A stretch of 64,000 bases of DNA from Cyanophora paradoxa CCMP329 (taxonomy: Eukaryota; Plantae; Glaucophyta). The notes beneath the pieces are model-generated. The model was not told the origin of the DNA, did no database searches, and saw nothing but the letters and a program-made list of their open reading frames with translations. Each line of letters opens with the position of its first letter. Position 1 is the first letter of the stretch. Made by a program: the position numbers and the translations under genes. The stretch covers positions 124,001 to 188,000 of the forward strand of contig QPMI01000514.1 of NCBI GenBank assembly GCA_004431415.1, written 5' to 3'. Positions 46,969-59,242 of the stretch are shown here, piece after piece.

Positions 46969-49900
46969 CTACAGCAGCTGCGAGGGGCTTGCGACGGGGA
47001 CGCGGAGGGGCGAGGAACTTGCGGTGCCGGCGCTAGGGGAGCCGCGGGCGCCGGGGGAGGTGTGCGAAGGGGGGGAAGCGGCGGGGCGTGCGCGGCCGAG
47101 GGGCAGGCGGGGGACGGGCGGGGCGGCGGCGGCGGCGGCGGAGGCGGAGGCGGGAGAGGAGTCGGAGTCCGGGGCGGGGAGGCGGGGGCGGGCGGGGGCG
47201 GGGCGGGGCGGGGCGGCGGCGAGGATGGAGAGGGCATCGCCGAGGGCGGCGAGGAGCGTCAACGCGCCATCCCCGCGCTCGTCCTCCGTCAGGGGCGCCT
47301 CCCGCCGCGCGCCGCCCCCCTCCGCCGCCTCGGCCCAGCAACTGCCCTGCGGCCTCCCCGCCCCGCCGCCGCGGCGCCGGCGTCGGCCTCGGCCTCGCCG
47401 TCGTCGAAGGCGGGCCCGGGGCGCGCTGGAGGCGCTCGCAGAGCTGGGCGAGGGTCGTGAGGACGGCGAGGAGGCCGAGGTCCACGCGCGCGGCGTGGAG
47501 CGAGGCGAGAAGGGCGGGGAGGGGCAGGTCGGCGGCGAGGGCGCCGGCTGGGCGGCGGCGAGGGCGTGGGCGCAGAGGCGGCGGAGGAGGGCGGCGGCGG
47601 CGGCGGCGAGCGGGGCGAAGTAGGCCTTGGCGCGCTCCTGGGCGGCGTCGAGGAGCTCGAGGACGCCCTCCTCGAGGGCCCGCCGCAGGGAGGCGGGGAG
47701 GGCGGGGCGGCGCCGGCCCCCGCCAGCCGCGCCCGCATGTCCGCGTACATCGCCAGCAGTTCCCGCCGCTCCCACGGCCCGTGCAGCGGCCGCCACTCCC
47801 GCCCCGACGCCCCGCCGGCCCCCGCGCCGGCGCCGGCGGAGGCCCCGACGACGAGGGCGTAGGGCTGGAAGGGCGTGTAGAGGTGCCAGCGCTCGCCGCG
47901 GTACGGGCAGCTGTGCTTGAAGCAGCGCTCCATCGCGTAGCGCAGGCACGAGAGCTTCACGGCCCCCTCCCCGGCCCGCGCCAGCCGCGCCGCCCGCTCC
48001 CGCCCCGGCGGCGGCGAGGCCGACGAGGCGCGGCGCCGGGGGCGGCGGCGGGCCGGCGAGGGCGAGCCGCCGTAGGACGTGGCGGCGGCAGCGGCGGCGG
48101 CGGCGGCGAGGGGCACGGAGAGGTCCGGGGTACGGAAGAGGAGAACGCCGGCGCCCTCGGAGCGCTCCTCGTACCCCGCGAACTCGGCGCCGGGGAGGGC
48201 GGCGGCGATGCGGCGGATCTCGGCGGGGCCGGGGGCGGCGAGGGGGCGCCCCACGGCCCGTCGGCCGCCCGCCACTCGAAGGCGATGGCGGCGGGAGGGC
48301 CGGCCCCGGTGCCCCGCCCCGCCGGGCGCGATCGTCGCGGGGCCGCCGCCGCCGGGGACGCTGGGGCGCTCGCGCTGCCGAGGAAGCCGATCTGGCGGCG
48401 GCGGCGGGAGGGGCTGGGCGAGGAGGACTCGCCCCCCGACGCGGCGCCGGCTGCTGCTGCTGCGACGGCGGCGGCGCGGTCGAGGGCGGAGAAGAGGGCG
48501 GCGAAGGGGCGGAGGTCGAGGCGGCGGGCGTCGCAGTCGCGCAGGATCTCCACCCAGGCGCGCGGCGGCGGCCCGGCGGCCCGCGCAGACGCGGAGGCCC
48601 TGCACCCGCTCCAGCGCCCGCGGGCCCCGCCGCACGAAGTCCGGAGAGGCGAGGTCCGGCTGCACATGCACGCGGGGCGGCCCGCGGCCGGCGGCGGGCC
48701 GGCGGAGGGAGGAGGGAGCGGTGGATGAGGCGTGGGCGGAGGAGAGGAGGCGGGGACAAGGGCGGCGAGCGGGGCGAGCTGGGCGAGGACGGAGGGCGGG
48801 GAACGCCCCGCGCCGTGTCGAGGCGGGTGAAGGCGGTGGCGGCGGCGGCGGCCTCGCGGGCGACGGAGCAGAAGGGGTGGGCGGGGGGCCGAGGAGGCGA
48901 GGCGGCGGAGGGCGTGGCGCAGGGGCCGCCGCGGGGCGAAGGAGGGGTCCAGCGCCTCGTGCAGCGCCGCCCCCGCCAGCGCCTCCGCGAGCCGCAGCAC
49001 CCGCTCCGCCACCGCCGGCGCCAGCCGCGCGCTGCGGGGCGTCAGCGAAGGAGAGGAGAGGGGGAGAGGGGGAGGGGGAGGGGGCGCCTGCGGGTGGCGC
49101 GGAGGGCGTCGGAGAGGGCGAGGAGCTGCTCGATCTCCCACTCGGCGTCCTCGTGCGCCCGGCCCAGCCAGTCCAGCAGCGCCGTCCGCAGCCCCCGCAC
49201 GAACCCCAGCGGCGAGCCGCCCTCGCCCTCCCCCTCGCCCTCGCCCTCGTCGTCGCTGGCCGCGAGCATTCCGGTGGCGCCCTCCTGCACGTCCCGCCGG
49301 TGCTGCCCCTCCAGCTCCAGGTTCACCTGCCCGCCGCCCGCCCCGTGAGCCCCCGGCCGGCACCGCCCCACCCCGGAGGAGGTCGCGCACCCGGGACACG
49401 AGGGAGAGCTCCTCCCGCAGCCGCGCGACCGTGGCCCGCAGCGAGTCGGCCTCCGCAGTCTCCCCGAGGAACTGGGTACACGATCGCCGGACGCTCGAAA
49501 AAGAATGCGTGCGGGGGGTACGGCGCTACCTGCGTCGAGAGCCGGTTCAGCTCCGCGCGGGCCGCCTGGGAGACCTCTGCGAGCTCCTCCCGCTCGGCCC
49601 GCTGGGGGTACCAGTATCAGTTGAGCTTGCGGGTCGGGCGAGGGGAGGGGGAACCAGCATCTCGAGCTCGGCGGAGTGCGCGTCGCAGATTCGATCCTTC
49701 GCCTCGAGGCGCTCCTCGCACTCCCTCCGCACCCTCTCCAGCTCCGCCGCCGCCTGGGTGCGCAGGGCTCGTCGGCTCTGGGGGGTAACGGAGGTCCCAA
49801 ACTACTGGAGCCCGCACCGATTGTCGCGCGTCGTCGAGCTCCCACAGATGCCGCGCCTCCGCCTCCTGCGGGGCGCCGTGAGGGACAAAGCGAGGAGGGC

Positions 49901-52150
49901 GGGTCGCGGCGGCTCGCCTGCACGCGCGCGAGCCACTTTTCCCTCTCGAACTCGAAGAGCCGTCGCTCGAACTCGCTGGGGGCCTCCGAGGGGGTCGGCG
50001 AGGGCGGGCGTGGCGGCGGAGGCGGCGGCGCCTCCGCCTGCACGGCCCGGTCGACGCGCGCCCGCCGAGGGAGCGGCGCCGCGGTGGCGTGGAGGGCGCT
50101 GCTCGCGGCCGGAGCCGCCGGGCGCGGCTGCGGGCGGGCCTGCGGGTGGAACCCGAGGGCCGCGGCCGCCGGGGACGGTGCTGGGGCGGGGGCGGGGGCG
50201 GAGGAGAGGGGCACGAAGGAGGAGGAGGAGGCGAGGGCGGGGGAGGCGGTGCGGCGCGTCGGGGAGGGGGAGCGCGAGGAGCGCGAGGAGGGCCGCGGGC
50301 GCTCGACGACGGTGATCTGGGCGCGGTACTCCCCACCGGGCTCCTCGAACTCTGCGGGAAGGGGGGGGGATGAGTCGGCGGGGTACGGGCGCTCGGGAGT
50401 GCATGAAGCACGCACCCTCGATGTGGACGCGGGATTCGGCGGCCGTCGAGACGCGGACCTTCCCGACCTGCGCGGGAAGGGTACGCGGTCGACCCCGCTC
50501 AGGAGCACTGGGTGCGGGACGCGGGAGGTACCTGGACGGAGGGGCGGTCGGGGCTCGTCTCGGCGTCAGCGGCCGAGTGGCGCGTCGGGCTCGGGCTCCG
50601 CGAGCCGCCGAAGTGCACGCGGGCGCTGCCGCCCCATCAGACTCCCCCGGAGCGGGAGCAGGCGAGGAGAGGGCGTCGTACCGGCCCGTCCCGGCGGCGG
50701 CGGCGGCGGCGGCGGCGATCGATGCGGCGCGCTGCGGGCTCGGGCTGCGCGAGTTGCTGCGGGGCCTGCGCGCCGGCTCGAATCGCGGCGGGAGAGATGC
50801 GGCCCGGGGCGTGACCGACCGGTTCGCGAGCGCGGCCTTGGCCGCGGCGATCGCCTCAGCGGTCGGGGAGCGCGAGCGAGCCGGGGCGGAGCGTGGGCGC
50901 CGGCCGCAGTAACCGGCGGGGCCCTGGCCGCGGCCCGCGGCTGCGCCAGCGACGAGCGGAGGGGCGCGGCTGCCGCCGCCGCCGCCGCCGGAGCGCTGAC
51001 GGCGCGTTAGATGAAGAGGGCGCGGGACTGCGGGCGGGCGGTGGCGCACTGGGCGGCCCGCGAGGGGCTCAGCTTCGGGGGGGAGACGCGCCGGTACGGG
51101 GCGATGGTGGGGAGGCTAGGGGTTACGCCTCGGTTCCGCTCCGAGGCGCCCTTGAGCAAGTTCCGCGCCTGCCGGCCCAAAGCACACCTTCAAAGGGGGC
51201 ACGAGCGCCGCGGCGCCGCCGGCACCTCGCCGATGATGCGCTGCAGCTCCTCTCGGGACTTGCGGAGCGTGAATGTGCACTCGTCGATTTCGCCCTGGAT
51301 CGGCTGCGGCGGCAGCGCCAGCGGACCCGCCTGCGCGCCCGCTCGCTTGGTCGCCGGCAGGCCGGGGGCCAAACCGAGGCCTCAGCGAAGTTCGAACGCA
51401 TCGCACCGGAGCGAGGGGGACGATAGCCGTCCGCGCGGTCGCGGAGGAGAGCGGGAGGACCGACGTGGGCGAGGCCGGCGCAGGGGTCGTGGGCCCAGCG
51501 GTCCGCGAGGAGGAGACGGCTGCGGCGGCCGGGGCGTGTGCCTCCCGTCGCTCGACGACCGCTCGGGCGGAGGCGAGAGCCGAAGCCGCGGCCGCCACCG
51601 CCCGTGCCACCGGCGACGGCGCCCGCGCGCCGCTCGCGGTCGGACTCCCCGCCGTCTCCTCGGCCGCGACGAACAGCGGTGACCGGGGTCGGCCTCCGGC
51701 GCCCGCCTCCGCTGCCGCTGGCCCAGGCGAGCGTGCCGAAGCCCTGCCAGAGGGTTCGCTCGACGTGCCGCTGCTGCCGCTGGCGCCCGCACTGGCCCGC
51801 CCGGGGGTTGGCTCGCTCCTGCGCACTCCGGGGTCATCTGGGGACAGCGCGAGCTTCGCCGGCTTCGCTGCAGCTCCCGCAGGAGGTGGGGAGTCCTGCT
51901 GATGTGCGTTGTTGTCGTCCGGAGCAACGTTTGCGGCGGCTGGTGAGGAAAGGAACGGGTTCGACCTCGCAGGCTTGCCGGGGCTCCCGCCCGTAGCGGA
52001 CGCGGTCCTCGCATGCGCGCTTCCGTCGCCAGAGCCATCCGCTGGTTCCGCGCGGCTCGGGCTGGGGGCAACACGCTCTGACTGTGGCGGCGGCTCGGCT
52101 GGAGCGTCCTCGAGGGTCTCCAAGTCAATCTCTTCGACTTCGTCGTCCAT
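46969..52150 (-). CDS. Large hypothetical protein with disordered N-terminus and central coiled coil; could be more than one gene
   Basis: MDDEVEEIDLETLED.., EIDECTFTLRKSREELQRIIG, EFERRLFEFEREKWLARVQ, ELERVRRECEERLEAKDRI and LSCLRYAMERCFKHSCPYRGERWHLYTPFQPY, with minus-strand introns. Confidence 0.55.
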
Positions 52151-52265
52151 TCCTGGACCGCAAGGCGCGCGGGGCCACCAGAGCCTGGCAGACCGTTCAA
52201 GGGGGGTACACGGGACCAGAAATTTCACCGTACCCGAATCGAAGAGCCAGCGCGCGAACGCGGCC

Positions 52266-54276
52266 ATGGACGACGCCTACCACGTGCGCTCTAGGATCCG
52301 AGTGCTGGGAAAGCTCCCTTCTAGCTCCGGGAGCGGCCTAGTCTCCCCGCGCTCTCGCTCTTTGCACTTACTGACTGATCGAGGGGCGCGTGCATCGCAG
52401 ATCATAAAGGTGATGATCATTCGATTTCAAGGATTTCTGAGCTTTCGGCATGCTCGCCTGTCCCTAATTCCCCATACGCGCAGTGGCCCTTAATGGCCGC
52501 GTGTGTACTCGGGAGTGCCTTCTTCAGTGTAAGTAAACATCGCCGAAGTGATTTGCACGTCGTACGCGCGCCGAGGAACCGCGCGCAGGGCCTGACACTG
52601 GGTTTGATGAGCATCGACTGCTTGCAGCTCGAGGTGTGGCCCGGAAACGCCCAGCGCGGTTCTCCGATCAGCACATAAGCTAAGTGAGCCGATCACTCAC
52701 CGTGCAGATCATCATGCGAACCGGCACTGAGCTGGAGCGAAAGTGAGTCTCGAACAGTTGCCACGGGTGACCGACCTGCGCAGGCGCCTGAGCACCCATC
52801 TGCGCCGCAGATATGCTAGCGCAATCTATCCGGTTCGAAAAAAGGGGTATGCACCGCCGTCCGCGTCGTATGCCGTACACCATTGACTCGCCCTCCAGCA
52901 ACCTGCTCCTCTGCACCCTGGTGCGTGCACCGATCAGAGCGGCACACCGAATGCTGATTCGCACCCTCTCCTCTTTGGGCACAACTGCAGCTCATCGGAA
53001 ACGTGCGCGCGACCCTTCTGAATCCGCCCGCCCCGCCCCCGGCTAACGGACACGTTCTTCGCGCCCCGCAGATGTTCGTCAACAACTCGCTTGCCATTCT
53101 CATGGCCGATGTTCGCTGTACCCCGCTCGCGCTTCCGCCTCACCCCGCCCCGCGCCGATCATTCTTGGCCTCATCCCCGCGCACGCCCCGCCTCCGTAGG
53201 TCACGAGCGGCATCGCTGGAGCCCTGATCACCACCGCGATTACTGTCGTCTTCGGAGAAGTCGTTCCGCAGGCCTTCTGCACCCGCTACGGACTCGGTGC
53301 GCCGTACCCTTCCAGTGCCCTGGGCTCGCAGTACCCCGCACCGTCGGTCCCCTCACGCCCACCGGCAGCCGTCGGCGGTCGCCTTATCTTCCTGAGTTCG
53401 TCGCCCGCTGCCCTCCCGCCCCCGGCCGGCCGGCCTCCCGCGCCCCGCCGACGCCGGCGTGCCCCTGCAGTCAAGGCGTCCATCATGCTCTTCTTCCCGG
53501 CGTCGTACCCCGTCGCCTGGGTGCTCGACAAGATGCTCGGTGCGCCCATCTGTCCCATCGTCTGTCCAGTTCGAGCCCGGCGCCGCCGATTCGATATCGC
53601 TCTACCCGCAGGCGCCGAGCTCATACAGGCCTACTCGCGCCAGGAGGCGCGCTCTCTGCTCCTGCACCCGCTTTCTCCCGCTGTGTCGCCAGCTGACCCC
53701 TGTACCCCCAGCTCTCCGCGCTGGTCGAGATCCAGGCCGAGAAGGGCGAGCACGACGAGGAGAAGTTCCTGCACCGCGAGGTCCCCCCTCCTTCGCCCCC
53801 CCCCCCTTCCCCCCCCGCCCCCCTCCCCCGGCCCCCCTCCCCCTCTCAACGTGCTCCGTTTCCCCTCCGCAGGCTACTTTGCTAAAGGGCGCGATCAACT
53901 TCTCCTCCAAAATCGTGCGCGTCCCGTACCCCCTCCTCCAGGACGCGCCGGCCCGCCGAACCCCCCGCAGGTGGAGAAGGTCATGACGCCCATCTCGGAG
54001 GTCTTCATGCTCGAGATCGACACCAAGGCGCGCGCGCCGCGTACCCCCGACCCGTCCACGCCCCCTCTCAACAGCGCCGCGCGCAGCTGGACTGGCAGAC
54101 GTGCGCGGAGATCTTCCGCGCCGGCCACAGCCGCATCCCCGTCTACGAGAAAGAGCGCAACTCCGTGCGCCCTTGACTGATCTTATCTACACTAGTGCTT
54201 AACACTTCTTATACATTAACTTCTTCACTGGACTTTGACTAGCACTGAAAGAGGGCAAACACCGTCTTACACCCGC

Positions 54277-54307
<31 letters not shown>

Positions 54308-57300
54308 GCCCCGCGCACCCCCGCCTCCTGCGCCGCCGACCGCGACCGGGCCCGCGCCGCCCTCCGACCCCACTCGGCGGCAGGTCGTGGGCCTCCTCAT
54401 CGTCAAGGACCTCATCCTCCTCGACCCCGACGTGCGACCCCCCGCCCGCCCCCGCCCCGCTGCACCGCATCCCAGCCCCGCCGGCCCGCCGCCGGGCTGA
54501 CGCCGGGGCAGGACGAGGTGCCGGTGCGGATGGTACTGGCGGTGTACGGGCGGCCCCTCCACCGCGTCTTCCCCGACACCCGCCTCGTCCGCCCCGCCCG
54601 CTGCGCCCCGCTCCTCTCCTTTCCAGCTCACGGGCGCCCGCAGGACATGGTGCTCAACGAGTTCAAGACGGGCAAGGCGCACGTCGCCCTCGGTGCCCCC
54701 GCCCCGCCCGCCCCGCCCCGCCCCAAAGCCCCTCGCCTCCAAAGCCTCTCGAGGAGCGCACGACCTTCGCCCGGGGGTCGCTCTGGAGGCTTTAAGAGCG
54801 TGTCTGACGGTGGGGGCCGCCGGCAGTGCACCGCGTGAACGACGCCGACACGGAGAAGGACCCCTTTTACGAGGTCGGATCGGATCCGACCGGGTCGGAT
54901 CGGATCGCATCTGAGCCCCGCGCAGATCATCGGGCTCGTCACGCTCGAGGACGTCATGGAGGAGCTCATCGGCGAGGAGGTACCCCCCCACCCCCCACCC
55001 CTCCCCTCCCCGCCCCGACCGCCCCCGGCAGATCGTGGACGAAACGGACGTGTACCTCGACATGCAGGTGCCCCATGGCCCCTCCCACCCGCCGGTGCCG
55101 GCGCCCCCGCCGAGGCGAGGGGCCGGCGCGCAGACGAAGCGGAAGGTCTCGACGCGCCCCGGCGTCGACATGGGCCGCATCGGCATCTTCCAGGCCCGCC
55201 CGCCCCGCCCCCGCGCACCACAGCGCCGCCGCTGAGGCGCCGCCGCTGAGGCGCCCCGGCGCAGCACAAGCGCCGCCGCGACGCCCTCGTCCTCTCCGTG
55301 CCCGAGTGCAAGGCCATCTACGGTGCCCCCAGCCCCCTCTCCCCCCCGCTCTCCCCCCGCCCATCGTCCGAGCGCCCCGGCCCCGCGCGCAGCCTACCTC
55401 TCGGAGCAGGTCCCCGAGTTCGGGGTGCGCGCCCGCCGCGCGCGGCGCAGCGGGGTACCCCCTGCCGACGCGCGCCCCGGGGCCAGACGGGGAGCATGGC
55501 GGAGGCGTTCGCGCTGCGGATGCTGTACGAGGCGACGCTGGTCGTCGTCTGCGCGCACGCCGGCGACACCGTCCACCCCCCCACCGACAGCAGGCGAGGC
55601 AGCCCCCGGGCGCCCCGAGCGGGGCCGGGCTGAGCGCGGGGCGAGCAGCAGCGCGTCGCGCCGGCACGGGCGCGAGGTCGTCATCTACGAGCGCCACTTC
55701 ACCAAGGGCCGCCCCGTGCGCCCCGCTGCCTCCCGGCTCCGGCCCGCCCGGGCGCCCCTGACGCCTCCCGCGGGGCCGCAGAGCACGGCCAACCTCGCCG
55801 GGGCCGGCACCGGGGCCCCGCTGCACCCCCCCGAGGACACCGCCAACCTCGTCATGGGGCCCGTGCGCTCCCCCGCCCGCCGCTCCCTCGCCTCCTCCCA
55901 CGGGGCCCGTCCCGCAGATGGGCCCCGGGCACCTCGGGCAGGCCCCGCTGGCGATCTACCGCTCCGGGGAGCCGAACCAGCACTTCATGGCCGTCGTCAT
56001 CCAGGTCCTCCCCGTCCCCCCCGCCCCCCCCGGCGCCTCCGGCGCGAGGCGGCCGGGCGAAGAGGCTGAGAGGCGGGCTTTGGGGCAGGGCGAGCTGGAC
56101 GTGGTGGCCGGCAAGGACGGCTTCCGCAGCCGCGCGGGGCCCTGGTCCCTCCTCGGGCCCCGCGCCCTCAAGGCCCGCCCCCGCCCCCGCCCCCGCCGCC
56201 CCCGCCGGCGCTGAGGACGGGGCGCGCAGGACGAGAACTTCGCGCCGGACTTCAGCGCCTTCGTCCCCGGCACCGAGACCGTCCGCATCCTCAAGGTGCC
56301 CCCCACCCCTGCTTTCATCCCGCCCTGGCTTCGCACGGGGGCCGAGGGCGGGGCGCGGGCAGATCCACCGGGACGAGGTGCGGGCGGCGATGCACGCGAC
56401 GAAGATCTTCGCCGCGGACGCCGTCAGCAACGTGCGCCCCCGCCCTTGCCCCCCCGCCCCCCCGCCTCCGCTTCTCTCCCCCCGCTTCTTTCTTCCCGCC
56501 GCCCTCTTCATCGTAGCTTCTCTCGCCCCCCCCCCCCCCCCCCCCCCCCCGGCTTCTCGGCCTGCTCACAGGCGCCGCAACTCCACCCGATCGCCCTCCC
56601 CCCCCTTCCGCGCCTTCCCGCTCCTCGGCTCCCCCGCACCTCCTCTCGCCCCGCTCATCGCCGTCTGCGCCGCTCAGGTGAGCGCCAGCGACGCCATCTC
56701 CGACGCCGGCGAGGTCGCCGGCGCCCTCAGGTGAGCCCGCGGCCTGAGCCTCCTCTTCCCCTCGTCGCGCCCCCGCCCTTCGTTCTTTCTCGCGCCCTCC
56801 TTCTCACCTCGTCCCGTCCGCCCCCGTCCCCAGCGCCGCAATCGCGACGTGCGTCCTTTTCCCGCGTCCGCCCGCCACTTAGCGGCCTCTGAGCCCCCCG
56901 CAGGGCGGCGCAGCAGATGCCGGGCGTGTCCGTCTCCAGCGTCGCCTCGCCCGCCGCGCTGCAGGTCCGCCGTCCCGGCCTGCCGCACACTCGCCCCGCG
57001 CCCCGCGCCCCAAGGAAGCGACACGACTGCGACTGCGGCTCACGCTCGCTCGGCGCGCAGCAGGCCCGCCCGGTGGTGCCCCGCATCCCGCTGCCGGCCC
57101 CGGCCTCCCCGCGGGGCGGCTCGCGCTCCCCCCGGGGCGCCCCCTCCTTCCCGCCCCCGGCCGCCCCTGGGTCGGGGTACCTCCACTACCACCCGGCCCC
57201 TGCACCCGCCCCCCGGGGGGCACGGCCTCCCGCTGGGGCCCCGCCCCCCGCCACCGCCACCGCCGCCGCCCCCGCCCCGGGGGCCGCCCCGGCACCCGCC

Positions 57301-57472
57301 CCGGGGGGCCGGCGTCCCCCTCAGCCCGCCGCCGGCCGCCCCGGCCGCCGCGGCCGCCACGGGCCTCGCCTCGAATCCCTTCGGGCAGCCTCCGGCGCCG
57401 TCCTCGCCGCCGCAGGGGCAGCAGCCCCCGCCGCCCCCGCCCCGCCGCGCCTCCCTCGGCAACGACAGCTGA
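52266..57472 (+). CDS. CNNM: CNNM/DUF21-CBS metal (Mg2+) transporter with C-terminal CNBH domain
   Basis: SAFFS|GLTLGLMSID, NLLLCTL|LIGN, FGEVVPQAFCTRYGL, YPVAWVLDKMLG, VEKVMTPISEVFML, GHSRIPVY, GLLIVKDL, LNEFKTGKAHVA, DPFYE|IIGLVTLEDVMEELIGEE|IVDETD, then VVIQ|GELDVVAGKDGF and FAPDFSA. Confidence 0.93.
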
Positions 57473-57667
57473 GAGCAGTGGCGCGGGGGCGGCCCCGCGC
57501 GCCCCGGACCGTTTCAGCGCCTCAGAAAGCCCTAACTCCTATTTGCGAGACCTCGTCAAGCAGCCTCGCCAAACCCTCCCGATGTTGCATGCGGCCCCTG
57601 GTGTACATACAAAACGAGTGTTGAACTAAACATAGCAATTGCGGAATTTCGACGCGCAATCACAAAG

Positions 57668-58344
57668 TCACTCTTGCTGCTCGGGGCCCTTGTTCTCGTT
57701 GTTCTCCATGAGCCTTGCTGCGCGCCGCACCGCTGGCCCCTCGTCCTCTTCATTCTTCGACGCCAGCGATCTCTCCGAATCTACAAGTGCAATAGCTTCA
57801 ATTTTGCAAGTTGATTTTCGCTTTCATTAGCGTTACATATATATAATTACGGTTTTTGATGCTTATAAGGAACTTCGGAATTTAATTTGCGCACGCAGTA
57901 CGTCCCTCACGCCGTGACGCACCGTGCTTGCGTTCACGGGATTCGGCCGCCGGCGCCGCGCCGCGGTCCGGATGGCCTGTACATGTGTCGCCCCAGTCGC
58001 GGGCCCAGTCTTCCTTCGTCGCGCCTGCGTTTGAGGACGGGCGCCGCGTCGCCTCCTCGTTCTCTGCGCGGGCCTCGTCGGGGGTCATGCGCCGCGGCTC
58101 CCACGAGCGCTCCCTGCGCGCCGCGCGCCGGCGAGCGCAGTCGTGAGTGCCCGAGTACGTTCCTGAGGGGTCACAGTGTGAACGCAAAGTGCTGAGAGCG
58201 CGCGCACTCGGCCTGGCGATCCTTTTCAGGCGGCAGCGTCGCCTGGAGGGCGCCGGCCGCGAGCCGACGCGCTCCGAGGCCGGAAGCTCGAGTCGGGAGG
58301 CTGGCGCCGACGCGCCAGCAGCTGGCTGCAGCCGCGCGTAGCAT
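57668..58344 (-). CDS. Small hydrophilic protein, left copy of the inverted pair; mitochondrial-presequence-like N-terminus
   Basis: MLRAAAASCWRVGASLPTRASGLGARRLAAG..RQAE|ERSWEPRRMTPDEA..DWARDWGDTCTG..RKH|DSERSLASKNEEDE..PEQQE*. Two GT-AG introns keep the frame open; the model is inferred. Confidence 0.5.
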
Positions 58345-58940
58345 CTCTAAATCTCTCGCTCGCGATCGATTTTTGCGAGGTGCTTGCATGCGCATGGACC
58401 GCAAAATTTGCGCATGCGAAAAACAAAGCTCGAGCTCGAGGAAACCCCAATTGCAAATGTAATATAATTATACATATAAAGCTTTATAATTAAGGGACAC
58501 AATATTAATCGCAACGGCTCGAGGAGATCTAGCTAGAGGGTCCGGAGAGCTCGAGCTAGGGGATCCGCGGAGAGATCTAGAAATGCTACGCGCGGCTGCA
58601 GCCAGCTACTGGCGCGTCGGCGCCAGCCTCCCGACTCGAGCTTCCGGCCTCGGAGCGCGTCGGCTCGCGGCCGGCGCCCTCCAGGCGACGCTGCCGCCTG
58701 AAAAGGATCGCCAGGCCGAGTGCGCGCGCTCTCAGCACTTTGCGTTCACACTGTGACCCCTCAGGAACGTACTCGGGCACTCACGACTGCGCTCGCCGGC
58801 GCGCGGCGCGCAGGGAGCGCTCGTGGGAGCCGCGGCGCATGACCCCCGACGAGGCCCGCGCAGAGAACGAGGAGGCGACGCGGCGCCCGTCCTCAAACGC
58901 AGGCGCGACGAAGGAAGACTGGGCCCGCGACTGGGGCGAC
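57987..58940. repeat. Inverted repeat with 371-bp arms (57987-58357 and 58570-58940) and a 212-bp spacer
   Basis: The arms are near-exact reverse complements, with only a few mismatches seen; mirrored ORFs 58147-58341(+) and 58586-58780(-). Confidence 0.95.
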
Positions 58941-59183
58941 GCGCACGTCGATGTCGACACGGAACAGAACGCGAATGGTTTGAGCAGGACCTCATCCGCC
59001 CATGCATGCTTTAATTCTCTCCGACCTCCATATGTGATTGCGGCAGCGGCCGCGGCTACGGCACCCGAGCAGGAGGGCAGCTCGAGCGAGCGACCCGGCG
59101 CCAGCACTAGTGCCACGAAGTCGACTTCGCGCGGGCGAAAGAAGGCGAAGGTAGCCAGCAGCGACGACATCGGCGGCGAGTGA
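58583..59183 (+). CDS. Small hydrophilic protein, right copy of the inverted pair
   Basis: MLRAAAASYWRVG..RQAE| intron 58720-58813 |ERSWEPRRMTPDEA..DWGDAHVDVDTEQNAN|AAAATAPEQEG..GRKKAKVASSDDIGGE*. The model is inferred. Confidence 0.5.
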
Positions 59184-59242
59184 CCAGGAGCCCTTGTAGC
59201 CATTACATGCCAAGCTACCAGAGTACTCGTCAAGCTAATTAT

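Noticed and set aside
23465-51049. Many 300-600 aa Arg/Gly/Pro/Ala-rich ORFs in the track (e.g. 40597-42423+, 41895-43745+, 48079-49788+, 24677-26350+)
   Set aside because: Stop-poor shadow frames of very GC-rich DNA that lie antisense to, or read through the introns of, real spliced genes.
58515-58582. Polylinker-like run of XhoI/BglII/SacI/BamHI/SacII/XbaI sites suggesting vector contamination
   Set aside because: Similar palindrome clusters occur throughout non-coding DNA in this window, and there is no vector backbone sequence.
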